Shown piece by piece: positions 1 to 12,186 of a stretch of DNA of 64,000 nucleotides (its first letter is position 1; every line of letters begins with the position of its first letter). Position numbers and translations under genes: made by a program. The notes under the pieces are model-generated. The model worked only from the letters and a program-made list of their open reading frames with translations. It ran no database searches and was not told the origin of the DNA. The stretch comes from Mustelus asterias (lineage: Eukaryota), in NCBI RefSeq assembly GCF_964213995.1, contig NC_135814.1, positions 32,116,001 through 32,180,000 of the forward strand, read 5' to 3'.

Positions 1-103
1 GAACTATCACCATGTAAGCAACCTGTTACCAGACATTCTGGTTGAAATAGAAGTGGAACAGAAAACTGGTGCAGGTGGAAGGAATCCTGGCTGCTACCAG
101 GAA

Positions 104-1149
104 GGACAGTAAGAAGTCTCACAACACCAGATTAAAGTCCAACAGGTTTATTTGGTAGCACAAGCTTTCGGAGTGTCGCTCCTTCTCACCTGAACATAGA
201 ACATAGAAAGCCACAGCACAAACAGGCCCTTCGGCCCACAAGTTGCGCTGATCACATCCCCACCTCTAGGCCTATCTATAGCCCTCAATCCCATTAAATC
301 CCATGTACTCATCCAGAAGTCTCTTAAAAGACCCCAACGAGTTTGCCTCCACCACCACCGACGTCAGCCGATTCCACTCACCCACCACCCTCTGAGTGAA
401 AAACCTACCCCTGACATCCCCCCTGTACCTACCCCCCAGCACCTTAAACCTGTGTCCTCTCGTAGCAACCATTTCAGCCCTTGGAAATAGCCTCTGAGAG
501 TCCACCCTATCCAGACCCCTCAACATCTTGTAAACCTCTATCAGGTCACCTCTCATCCTTCGTCTCTCCAGGGAGAAGAGACCAAGCTCCCTCAACCTAT
601 CCTCATAAGGCATGCCCCCCAATCCAGGCAACATCCTTGTAAATCTCCTCTGCACCCTTTCAATGGCTTCAACATCTTTCCTGTAATGAGGTGACCAGAA
701 CTGCGCGCAGTACTCCAAGTGGGGTCTAACCAGGGTCCTATAAAGCTGCAGCATTATCTCCCGACTCCTAAACTCAATCCCTCGATTAATGAAGGCTAGT
801 ACGCCATACGCCTTCTTGACCGCATCCTCCACCTGCGAGGCCGATTTAAGAGTCCTATGGACCCGGACCCCAAGGTCCCTCTGATCCTCTACACTGCTAA
901 GAATGGTACCCTTCATTTTATACTGCTGCTCCATCCCATTGGATCTGCCAAAATGGATCACCACACACTTATCCGGGTTGAAGTCCATCTGCCACTTCTC
1001 CGCCCAGTCCTGCATTCTATCTATGTCTATGAAGAAGGAGCGACACTCCAAACGCTTGTGCTACCAAATATACCTGTTGGACTTTAACCTGGTGTTGTGA
1101 GACTTCTTACTGTGCTTATCCCAGTCCAACGCTGGCATCTCCACGTCAT
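104..1149. mobile_element. Penelope-like fold-back element (inverted terminal repeats) interrupted by a CR1 LINE
   Basis: Arms at about 110-190 and 1030-1111 are reverse complements; 12-bp target-site duplication TGCTACCAGGAA at 92-103 and 1150-1161. Confidence 0.75.
195..1029 (-). mobile_element. 5'-truncated CR1-type LINE (RT C-terminus and 3' tail)
   Basis: Uninterrupted ORF 272..1051 (WAEKWQMDFNPDKC, LVRPHLEYCAQFWSP, LERRRMRGDLIEVYK); (ttctatg)n tail; TGAA duplicated at 191-194 and 1030-1033. Confidence 0.93.
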
Positions 1150-1880
1150 TGCTACCAGGAAACCATGAATTATACACTGCCTGTGGTCACAAGCAAGATG
1201 GAGGGGGGTGAGGAAAATGCCAGGCTGTTGATGCAGAGCATGCAAGGCTATATGAGTGCAGACATTAATCCTTTGAAGTTGGGGGGCTGCAATGCACATA
1301 TAACCTATTATTCTCTTCACCAATTTTGCTTAGTCCATGGAAAAGCAGATGTAGATTTCCAGACCTAGAATAGTGCACGTCATACACTTCCCCGATGCAA
1401 CAGCGAAGAGCCAACTGCAATTTGTCATTATCACCTGCTGCAGCTTGGGTCATGTCGGTCATGTAAATGTGAAATATCTTAACAGCCGCGAGGACAGAAG
1501 TGCTGAGCTTGCATTGATTGGGGCTCCAGTCAGGAAGGCTGGATTAGGCTGATAGATTAAGATAATGAGCTAATCAAGGCCATTGACCAGAGGCTGACTG
1601 GAGCTTTCCAGCAGAACCGCAGGCCACCTGTGACATTGGAACCACAGCAGTTTCAGAAGGTGGCCCCTGGCGGCCGACCGGGTGGGCTAGAACTCTACAC
1701 AGGGTGGTAGTGGGGCTCCTTCCACCTATCTGGACACTGCTTCGGCTGTGGGCTGCCCTGTGGATTGGTGATCCAGCAGCTGTGGCCAATTTTACCTCAA
1801 AATTCTTAAGTGCCGAGGGAATGTCTCAAGATAGACTCCCTTACCTGCAGGCTGCAGCTCCTTTTGTGCTAGTATCTCTT

Positions 1881-2219
1881 AATCATAGAAATCCTACAGT
1901 GCAGAAAGAGGCCATTTGACCCATCGAGTTTGCACCGACCACAATCCCACCCAGGCCCTACTCCCATATCCCTACATATTTACCCACTAATCCCTCTAAC
2001 TTACGCATCTCAGGACACTAAGGGGCAATTTTAGCATAGCCAATCAACCTAACCCGCGCATCTTTGGACTGGGAGGAAACCGGAGCACCCGGAGGAAACC
2101 CACACAGACACCAGGAGAATGTGCAAACTCCACACAGACAGTGACCCAGGCCGGGAATCGAACCCAGGTCCCTGGAGCTGTGAAGCAGCAGTGCTAACCA
2201 CTGTGCTACCGTGCCGCCC
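1881..2219 (-). mobile_element. tRNA-derived SINE (HE1/V-SINE-like)
   Basis: Head GGCGGCACGGTAGCACAGTGGTTAGCACTGCTGC...GGTTCGATTCCC (A/B boxes), V-domain-like core, LINE-like tail; multiple copies in the window. Confidence 0.88.
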
Positions 2220-3266
2220 ATGTGTTGGCTCTCTATTTTCAAGGACTCCAATCTCCTGAATTGGACAGTGAGCACGCTGAAAAGCTACTAATTTGCCAAT
2301 CCGGGCAATTTTTGGGTGACTGACACAGTGCAGCATCAACCCTGGCATCTGGGTCCTGAGCGCAAACACACACATTTATAGTGGTGTAAATATTTTGTGT
2401 GGTTAGGGCGGTAGTTATAGTTCAATGTTGAGGTTAACAAGCTATTCAATGGCTTCAGCTTGCGTGGTCTGAATGGTTGTGACACAAGTGGATCTCTCTG
2501 GGCAGAAGCTCAGTGTGTGGGCAACGGTATGACGTAGGTAGCCTCATTCACAATTTGAGCTCTCCTTTATGTTCCACATCTTCCCTAGCCTGTCCTCAAG
2601 CACTTGAGGGTTGTCCAAATTTTGAAACCTAGGACTTCACCACTTGAATCAGTGATGGTGTTATGGTTGGTGACGTATGCAGTCAGCCAGGAGGTGTGCC
2701 ATCAAGAGGTGGTAAGGTATAAATCATGTCACAAACTGAGACAGTTCTATAATATAATTAAGGCTTGTCTTGTCAAGGAAAATGGCAAGTGTGACACCTT
2801 CTGTTTCCAAGCTATTTGAAGTGTTTTCTTCTCTGTCGAAGGTGAAGATTTCACAGAGTCAGTATTTGCAGATTATACTGACGTCAGTGCTGTGATTTTA
2901 AATTTTGTCTTCCCAAACACTTCAACCTGAAAACATCCTTGATTTAATCACCTCATTGCAAAAATTGAGCTGCTTGAAAACATGATTATTGGCAAGCTAA
3001 GGGGGCGATTCTCTCAACAAAAAAAAATTCTAAGTCTTATTCTGAACTTTATAATCTAATTCATGTTAACAGCTGAGCAAGGTTTAGGGCTGAAGAATTG
3101 TATGGTGATATTATCCCTTTTCTCTTTTAATTCCGTACATAGCTAAAGGTGGTAAAACAATCTTGAGTCACAGATTTACTGAGCTTGATATGAACATGGA
3201 AGTTTTTCATTGCCTCACTATGTATAACAAAACCTTTACAAAGTTAGAAAGTAGTTGTTTGAGTAT

Positions 3267-3522
3267 TGCTGAAACCAGAGACATGTCGAAGCTTTTCATC
3301 TTGCACTCATCAGGACACTTACCAGTATGAGCGAAAAATAACAATTTATACTGTATGTGAAAAGCGTGCTGGTTGGTTAGCAAGTGGCATTGTCAACACT
3401 GCCCTGTCCACTTGCCAACCAATCAGTACTCTTATACAGTATGAATTGTTATTTTCCCCTTATACAGGTAAGTGTCCTCATGAGTTCAAGACAAAAGGCT
3501 TCAACATGTCACTTTTTCAGCA
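3267..3522. mobile_element. Second fold-back element family carrying a hammerhead core (PLE-like)
   Basis: TGCTGAAA...TTTCAGCA ends; the whole segment is an imperfect inverted repeat; a related fragment lies at about 4445-4511. Confidence 0.65.
3283..3318 (-). ncRNA. Minimal type-I hammerhead ribozyme motif
   Basis: Minus strand reads gtgtc-CTGATGA-gtgcaagat-GAA-AAGCTT-C-gacat: stem I gtgtc/gacat, conserved core, palindromic stem III. Confidence 0.55.
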
Positions 3523-3754
3523 TGCTAAAGATTAGAAAGATTTACATTTGCAGTAATTGTTGAATTTAATAAGCACCTGTTATAGTCCATATACTTTAGC
3601 AAATGCCATCTGAATTATTGCAGTTTTAATGGAAGACTGCAAGTGCTCCCAGTTTAATGGGCCTTTAAACTTTATAGATTTCTAGCTTCCGAGGTAAATT
3701 GATTTAACATATTTGACGTTATTTTTGAAGCAATGAATTATGCTTTCCTTTTAG

Positions 3755-4274
3755 TTTGAGAAGGAGAAACAACATGACATCCGCTCATTCTTCTCACCAA
3801 AACCTGACACTGCAGAGAAACGCAAGAGAATCCCTCAGGGTTTGCCAGCCAACCAGGTTTCTGATATAATTGAGCTGCAGAAATCTCCAGATTCCCCCAA
3901 ATTAGTTCAGCAACCACTACAAAAACTGGATAAAATAAATGCAGTAGAAGATGATGAAAACGAGAATGATGAAGAGTGCAAAATATCCAATGACGAGCTG
4001 CTGCTACAAGCTGACTTTGAACCACAGACTAAACGATTTAAATCTTTATGTTCACCAGTCCAAAATTGTACAAGTGCAAGAAAGAGAAAGGCCAAAGATG
4101 GGATGACACCATCCCCATTTAGAATTCAAAGCACCCAACGATTTCTGGGTGAAGCACAACTTACCTCAAGAAAACTGCCTGTAACTGAAAAATCGTGGAA
4201 CTGCAAGTTGTGCACATACACCAACAATACCTTACTGTCTTACTGTGAAATATGTGAAACTCTCAGAGATGTTG
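3755..4274 (+). CDS. ZRANB3: ZRANB3 exon: PIP box and RanBP2-type (NZF) zinc finger
   Basis: ctttccttttag|TTT GAG AAG...; encodes FEKEKQHDIRSFFSPK...WNCKLCTYTNNTLLSYCEICETLRDV; donor G|gtaaga (phase 1); in frame with ORF 3842..4357. Confidence 0.93.
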
Positions 4275-4516
4275 GTAAGATCATTTTTTTATTTTCCATC
4301 ACTTGTAAATGTATTATAAAAATATTTACTAGAAAAAGCCTCAAGTTGACATATTAGTATTTTACTTCAACTAAAAATAGCTGAGTATTTTGGTAAAATC
4401 AGGGGAAACATTTGGTACTTTGGGGGGTGAGGAGGAAATTACTTTGTCACTTGCTAATCAACCAGCACTCTCTTCACACACAGTATAAATTGTTACTTGT
4501 CCCTTATACTGGTTGG

Positions 4517-4646
4517 TGCCCCCTGGCATTGGCACTTTGCCCCTTGGGCAATGCCAAGGGTCCATGCTGGCAATGCCCAGGGGGCACCCCCTTCCCGGGC
4601 GCCCAACCCTCCCTGGGGGTCATCGATTGCCTCCCTTCACTCGAGC
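4517..4646 (-). repeat. Fragment of the GC-rich MITE-like element found at 59970-60855
   Basis: Reverse complement of about 60280-60415 (gccccttgggca..., caatgcccag, cccaaccctc, gattgcctcc.cttcactc). Confidence 0.75.
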
Positions 4647-4657
4647 TGTCCGTGTAG

Positions 4658-4951
4658 TATTTCAAACTGAAGCTTTTCCTGACACAGATGACCAGAAAGG
4701 AGAAAACATGCCTTGTCAAGCAAATCCAAGTGAAAAAGAGTGTGAAGGGGCAACCCAGCCTCAGACTGACTGTACTGTGCTACCTGACCTGGAGAATGAG
4801 GAAAAAGATGAATCAAACGCACCTACAGAACAGGTACACAACAGCACAGTGAAATCTGAGGAAAACCTTGTATTGATTGATATTGACAAAAGCAGCAATG
4901 CACTTTCCATAACTGAAGAAAGAATGCACAACGCGAATCAACAGCAGCCAG
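4658..4951 (+). CDS. ZRANB3: ZRANB3 exon: acidic low-conservation linker (acceptor 4658 or 4688)
   Basis: Open frame (ORF 4513..5016) with an E/D/S-rich peptide; donor CCAG|gtaatt is phase 1 and matches the flanking exons; two phase-compatible AG acceptors. Confidence 0.65.
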
Positions 4952-5379
4952 GTAATTCTGTTTGTTCTTCACATCGGTTACTACAACTAATTGTTTTCAC
5001 TTATTGTAAGCACTGAACCCAGTTTAGTTCGTTTCTTGAGCGCAAGTTTTGCAATGTTGTTTACTGATTATCCCAGAGGTGGTGGAGCAAATCTCCAAAG
5101 TGTGTCTAACTCTTTAAACTTATGCTAATCATCTTTCATTAGTTGCTCATCATGGCTCAGTACTTTACCCACAACATCTCAAAGCGGTATATGATCATCT
5201 TGATGCATTTTGATTATATTGATCTATTTAATCTGATAACCTTCTGTTCAATTCCTAACCAGATGTTTATCCATCATTTTTTTTTTAAAGAATATGTAAG
5301 CCATTTAGATCTGAGGCTGCCATTCCATGATATCACAGATGATCTGTACCCTAACTCCATTTACCTACCTTTGTTCATG

Positions 5380-6210
5380 TCTCTTGATGCCCATTACTAA
5401 GTAGAATCAATCTTAGTCTTTAAAATTGCTATTGGCCCAATATCCAAGGCCTTTTCTAAGTGACAGTTCTAGATTTCTGCTACCCAATGTGTGGTTCTTG
5501 ATTTTGCTCCAAAATAACCTAGATTTAAAGCCTTTGCTTTATTTTTATAAGGGGGCTAGATTTTTGCCCCCTTGTTCTGGATATTCCCCCACTAGAGGGT
5601 ATAAATTCTCTCTTTCTACAATTGCAAATACTTTCTTTTTTTAAACACCTCAATTGGATCACCTATCAACCTGCCAAAGAAATTCAAACCAATGCATTTG
5701 CAAAATCAAGCCTTTAAACCCTTGTTCCATTCTAATAAATGTGCATGTCTTTTGCAAGGTGCCCCAGGTGCAATATTCCAGATGGGGTCTGACTGAGGGA
5801 TCTTCACAACTGAAGCATCTATACTTCAATTTTGAATTCCAAACCCTTTGATCAAAATTCCATTAGCTTTTTTGATTACTTTTTGTACCTGTAAACTGAT
5901 ATTTGGTGATTTGGATGCCTAATGACCTCCTTAGAAAATTTAACTCGAATAATTAGATGTGACCTATCATCCACAAATCCCTTTGATAAGTTCATGCATA
6001 TCCAAGTGCTTAGTCACTGTCTGGTAATGGATTCCAATAACTTTTCCAGAAGTGATATTAAACTGATGGGTCTGTGGTTTCTCACTTCCTGCCTTCTTAT
6101 GTAACAGACTGACATTTACAATTTTCCAAATGAAAGGCATGATTCTGGCCCCGAAGGACTTTGAAACATCATGACTAATATCATCACTTACAATATCCTC
6201 ACCCACCCAT
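5380..6210 (-). mobile_element. Highly degraded CR1-type LINE remnants
   Basis: Minus-strand remnants of the NYRPVSLTSVVGK and LEYC-type segments (ORF 5967..6206). Confidence 0.5.
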
Positions 6211-7101
6211 CAAGTCTTTAGATTGTCTATCTTCAGCCACGGTATATCCTAAATCCACTAACTTGACTTATTTCTAGATTTCCTTACACGATTAGTGTTT
6301 TGTTGTCTTCCCCCACTATGATATTTATTTAACGAGTTTCTCATTTTGCTTATTGTTCATTATAGTCTTGACCACATTGATTTTTTTAATTGTCCCAGAT
6401 TCCTTTTTACCAATTCAGTGTATGCACTGACTGCATTTTGAAGCCCAAAACATCTCACTATTCACCATATCACAGATGCATCAAATAATTTACACAGATA
6501 TGCTTTTAAAGTCTCTGGCAATTTTCATCCTATAATCCAACTAGTCTATTCCAACCAGCAAGCACCCCGTCAGTTCCCTTTATAAATTGTTTCTTTGATT
6601 AACCCCTTTGCTGTTATGTGCAATATATTTTGTTTCAATGGTGGCCTATGGCAAAGTATTTTAATGACTTTTTGCATGCAGAATTTTGTTTCTAATCATT
6701 TTGTGATTATCTGAGGTATATACCCTCTTTATTATCAGTTTCACCAATCCTTCATATTCTTCAAGACTTCCCTAAAACCCTCTGCTGTAGTGTAAGAAAC
6801 ATAATTTCTCAAAGTTGTGGCATTTCATAGAATCTTCCTATAAATTCCAACACTGTTTCCACTCCCCCTACCCAATTCTTGCCTTGAGTGCGTTGACTTC
6901 TTGCTGGGTGCCTTGATCAAATGAATGATGAAAGACTTAACGACTATCGCAAACCTGTCTTCACACCATAAGGTTACTTGCAGCAGTTTCTGATATTTTT
7001 TTAAAAATCTGCTTTGCTGGCATCCCATATTTGAATGTGTGAAGGAGAATTTATTTTTGTGAAATTAATCATGGTGTTTCTTTCAAACATTTCTGTTATA
7101 G

Positions 7102-7199
7102 AACAACCTGATATCACTTGTGACAGCAGTGTTCCAATTTATGATGGCTTCATGTTTTGCGCAAGCAAGAATACCGATAGAATATATCTCTACACCAAG
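7102..7199 (+). CDS. ZRANB3: ZRANB3 exon: start of substrate-recognition (HARP-like) region
   Basis: ttctgttatag|AA CAA CCT...; EQPDITCDSSVPIYDGFMFCASKNTDRIYLYTK; donor AAG|gtatta. Confidence 0.92.
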
Positions 7200-8616
7200 G
7201 TATTATTCGTAATTTCATCTCCATATGTTGGTGCATACTATTCTGGTACAGATGTGTATTCATGGGTCTTGCATTACACTTACAAGTTAGTGAAACAGCA
7301 TTCAAAGATCCCCAGCAAACTATGTTTCAGAAACAAATATTCTTTTTAACCAGTAAATTAGAAAAATTCTGTTTCTGATCACAAATCTTGTAAGTTCAAA
7401 CACACATGATTTCTTTGCCTGCTTGCGAAAAAACAATCTTCATTTTATGATGCCTTCCACGCTGTTATGATTCTGATTATTTTAGGTTTTTTCACAGCCA
7501 ATTAATTATTATTTGAAGTGTATGCATGGTTATTTTAAAAGCAAGCCTGGTGCAGTAAAAATAAATGATGAGGGAGCTGTTGTGAGTGATGCTGGTTGCG
7601 AGGTAAATGTTAGCTGGAACACAGTCCTTGAATAATCCACAAGATCTTTTACATTCACCTAGCTAAACAGAGCCTTGGTTTAACATCTCATCAGAAGACA
7701 GCACCCCCACCAACACAGCATTTTCTCAGTGCTACACTGAAAAGTCAGCCTGGATTGTGCACACAAGTCCTAGAGCTGATTTTAACCATCGACACCTGTC
7801 AAAAGTGGAGTTGTCATTTGGCTTGAAAGCTGCGTCAGTAAATTACAGCCCTATTTAAGAGGCCATTTGCAACATGGAAGTCGGAGTACTACAACATACA
7901 TTGGGCTAATGTCAGTGTGACACTTTGCTCATTTGTAGGGGCAGTGAGCAACCTAACCAGCAGTCTTTGGAAACCGCTAAGAAAATGGTTCAGATAACTT
8001 CTTAATTAACATTTGCTTCTTCTGATTGGCTCTCTCTTCTCTCAGGCTCCAACTGCTATTCGCCATTCATAGTTTGGTACATCCAACACATCTGCTGCAG
8101 CCAAACAAATACTTTGCCCCAAAATGGCTTGTTGAGTGGATGGGTTGCATGGTAGGCAGTGGGTGCACATCGAGGGACTAAACTTTAAAATCAGCCTCCT
8201 AGTTGGTACTTGGAACCAACAACCTTCTGATTCAGACTTACGACTAATAAATTTCAGTGAAATTCAGTTTTATTTGATTTTTGCTCTCTCTGCTTCAAGA
8301 TCGGTATGGGAAACAATAAATTAAGCTATTGCTGGAGTACCTTTGCCTTGATTTTTCCTAAATCTAACAGCATTAAAAAAATAAATGAAGGAAAGTGGCT
8401 TGATTTTAATGGGTTGGAGGGGTGGGGGGGGTGGCGTTAGAAGTGCCAAGATACCTTCTACTTGTTTACAGCGAGTCTGGTGGCTACACACCTCAGAAAA
8501 TATGCAATGCCATAAAGTGTGTAACTTAGTCCATAATTTCCTTTTTATTTTGTTCGAGGTTCCCCATGACAAAGATGCATCATTGCAATGGTGGAAATTC
8601 CCAGGGAAATCTGATT

Positions 8617-8925
8617 CATAGAATCCTGCTGTGCAGAAGGAGGCCATTTGGCCCATCAAAACTGAACCAACCACAATCCCACCCAGGCTCTATCCCCATA
8701 ACCCCATGCATTTACCCTAGCTAATCCCCCTGACACTAAGGAGAAATTTAGCATGGCCAATCTACCTAACCCATACATCTTTGGACTGCGGGAGGAAACC
8801 AGAGCGCTCAGAGGAAACTCCCGCAGACACGGGGAGAATGTGCAAACTCCACACAGACAGTGACCCAAGCCTGGAACCGAACCAGTGGTTAGCGGGACAG
8901 CAGTGCTAACCACTGCCACCGTACC
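8617..8925 (-). mobile_element. HE1/V-SINE-like SINE
   Basis: Same family as 1881-2219, with a small deletion in the head. Confidence 0.85.
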
Positions 8926-9479
8926 ATCACTGAACATAAAGTTGCTTCCCCAAACATCTTAGTTTTTGCATTGTGGCATTGCTTATCCTCATCATAAACA
9001 CTTTTGACAAATATATTAAACTTTTTGTAAAATCAGTTCTACATGTAACAGCTTAACATATTAACAATTCATATTAATAATTGAATACAATGGCACATTA
9101 TTACCCCACCCCACCCCCACTGGAGGTGCATGCTGCCCCTGTATTAAACTGTCCGTTTACTCTACTTCTGTTGGTTCGGTCAGTTTTTATTTGTTTGTGG
9201 AAAAATAGAATTGTCTAGTAGTTCAAATCAAACAATCTAAATGAAATAGTGCAGGTTTATTTTTAAATTTCTCCTTGGATCATTAAGCGTGGAAGCAAAC
9301 CAGAGCAGTTCCACTGAGTTGGACAATGGGCCAAGTGAACATAAGGGATGTGACAAAGACAGCTGAACAGATTTTGAACTATCTTTGTGCCAAAGAATTC
9401 CACGAGTTACTGCATTTGTTTTCAGAGACAGTAGAGGGCCAGGTCATTCCCAGTACTTCGCCAGACAGTCCTGCATAGC

Positions 9480-11240
9480 ATTCTTCCTTTTCGTTTGTTC
9501 TTGGAACGCAAGTGTGGCTGGAAAGGCCAATGATAATTACTAATCCGGAATTGCCTTTGAGAAAGTGGTGGGGAACTGCCTTTTTGAACCGCTGCAGTCC
9601 ATGGGGTATAGGTACAGCCACATTACAGTTAGGCAAGGCGTCCCAGGATTTTGGCCCAAGAACAGGGATATCATTTCAAACCAGGATACTGTGTGACTTG
9701 GAGGGGGGACTTGTAGATGGTGGTGTTCCCAAGCATATGCTGTCCCTGTTCTTCTTGATGATAGAGGCTATGGATTTGGAAGGTTTGATTTATTCATACA
9801 TGGGACATGGGTGTCACTGGCTGGGCCAACATTTACTGCCTATCCTTATTTGCCTTTGAAATGAGTGACTTGCTGGGCCACTTCAGAGGGCAGTTGAGAG
9901 TCAACCACATTGCTGTGACTCTGGAGTCACATGTCGGCCAAGCCAGGTAAGGACGGTAGATTTCCTTCCCTAAAGAACGTTAGTGAATCAGATGCATTTT
10001 TCCAACAATCGACAATGGTTTTGTGGTCATCAGTAGATTCTCAATTCCAGATTTTTTTTTAAAATTCAAATTCAACCATCTGAGGTGGTGGGATTCAAAC
10101 ATGGGTCCCCAGAATATTAGCTGAGTTTCTGGATTAATCGTCTAGCGATAATACCACTAGACCATCCCCTCCCCATATGGGTGGTGTCAAAGGAGGCATG
10201 GTGAGTTGCTACGGTGTATATGGTGTATAGTACACACTGCTACCACTGCACTGATGCTGGAGAGACTGAAATAATGTTTAAGGGAGTGAATGGGGTGCTG
10301 ATCAAACAGACTGCTTTGCCTAGGATTGTGTTGAGCTTCTTGAGCATTGATGAAGTTGTATGCATCTAGGCAAGTGGAGGGTGTCTCAGCATATTCCTGA
10401 CTTGAGCCTTGTAGATGGTGAACAGGCTGAATCAGGAAGTGAGTCACTTACTGCAGAATTCCCAGCCCCTGGCCTGCTCTTGAAGCCACAGTATTTATAT
10501 AACTTTATCCATTTATGTTTCTGTTCCATAAAGGCAACGCTATTGAATGTCATGGGAAGATAATTCGGTTCCCTCTGGCTGGAGATGGTTATTGTCTGGC
10601 ACTTGTGGCACAAATGTTACTTGCCAGTCCTGAGGTTTGTTCAGACCTTGCTGCATATGGATGCAGACTGCTTCAGTATCTGCAAAGTATCGTATTGTAT
10701 TAAACACTGTGCAATCATAGCAAATCTCCTCACTTCTGATATGTTGGAGGGACGGTCATTGATGAAGCAGCTGAAGATGGTTGGGCCGAGGACACTATCC
10801 TGAAGAGCCCCTGCAGAACTGTCCTTGGGCTGAGATGATTAATCTCCCAACAACCACAACAAACTTCCATTGTGCTGGGAATGAGTCCGACCAGTGGGGA
10901 GTGTTTCCCTGTTTCCCATTGATTCCAGTTTTGCTAGTACTTCTTGATGCCACACCAGATTAAATGCTGCTTTGATGTCAAGGGCAGTGACCCTCACTTT
11001 GCCTCTTGAGTTCAAATCTTCTGTCGAACTCTGGCTGAACTGCTATCTACAGCTGAGTGACCCTGGCGGAACAATAGTGAACTGGTTGTTGCAGTGCAAA
11101 TGTTGCTTGATAGGCTATAGATCTAACATCCCAACTATGTTGTATGTATATATAGTATGTTCTCCAGGTTAGCACCCCATTTTTGGGTATGCCTGATGCT
11201 GTTCTGGCATGCTGTCCTACACTCTTTGAAAATGTGCCGA
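9480..11240 (-). mobile_element. Degraded non-LTR retrotransposon pieces (same family as 30790-32130)
   Basis: Shares segments such as tcattgatgaagcagctgaagatggttgggcc and tttgatgtcaagggcagtgac with 30790-32130, in reverse orientation. Confidence 0.6.
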
Positions 11241-11518
11241 GGATTATTTTGCTTTTCAAAATGATCCTGAGGAGTTGATTAGATTAAATTTTAGTTTGAG
11301 GTATTAAGATTGTAGATCACATTTCATTCAATTGGCTTTGTGCTCAGACAGTCTTATCAGTGCGCCTGTTTTAATGTCCTTGTTTGCTTCTACCACATAC
11401 AAAATGGCGAGTGTTATTTACCCTGGTGTTGGATCCCCTGGAATTATCTTGATCGTTTGTACAATGTGCAGCACTGAGGAGTTCAAGTAAATGATTACCG
11501 CTATTTGTTTATTATTAG

Positions 11519-11620
11519 GAGGGAGAGCCTTTAAACTGCAATTTTATTCCTCTGGATGTAAAGTCAGAGAACTGGGAGGATTTACCAACATTCTTTGATC
11601 AGAAAAAAAACCGTGCAGTG
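11519..11620 (+). CDS. ZRANB3: ZRANB3 exon (not in ORF track)
   Basis: ttattattag|GAG GGA GAG CCT...; EGEPLNCNFIPLDVKSENWEDLPTFFDQKKNRAV; donor GTG|gtaagg; 102 nt, phase 0-0. Confidence 0.92.
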
Positions 11621-11838
11621 GTAAGGTTTGAATTGTATTTATGTTTTTAAGTGGAATGATTTTATAGATTTTTTTTTAAAGATGTATGCTTTTGTATGAC
11701 AAATATTGTCAGAATCCTTTAACCCGTAATAGTCATTTTGGCAACAATCTGAGCACCACAACTTGTATTATGTAAAATCAGGTTTGACAAAGTACATCTC
11801 CTTTTAACTGACCCAAATTACTGTGCAACATCTAAGGT

Positions 11839-12186
11839 ATCATAGAAATCATAGAAACCCTACAGTACAGAAAGAGGCCATTCGGCCCATCGAGTCTGCA
11901 CCGACCACAATCCCACCCAGGCCCTACCACCATATCCCTACATATTTACCCACTAATCCCTCTAACCTACACATCTCAAGACACTAAGGACAATTTTTAG
12001 CATGGCCAATCAACCTAACCCGCACATCTTTGGACTGTGGGAGGAAACCGGAGCACCCGGAGGAATCCCACGCAGACATGAGGAGAATGTGCAAACTCCA
12101 CACAGACAGTGACCCAAGCCGGGAATTGAACCCAGGTCCTTGGAGCTGTGAAGCAGCAGTGCTAACCACTGTGCTACCGTGCCACC
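11839..12186 (-). mobile_element. HE1/V-SINE-like SINE
   Basis: Near-identical to 1881-2219; (atagaaatc)n tail. Confidence 0.88.

Noticed and set aside
2150-2219. tRNA-like sequence with A/B boxes (also in the other SINE copies)
   Set aside because: It is the head of a multi-copy SINE and continues into the SINE core and tail; not a tRNA gene.
2018-2375. Recurrent ORFs 'GTVAQWLALL...' / 'HGSTVVSTAASQ...'
   Set aside because: SINE translations, recurring at 12010, 23960, 40877 and 46595.
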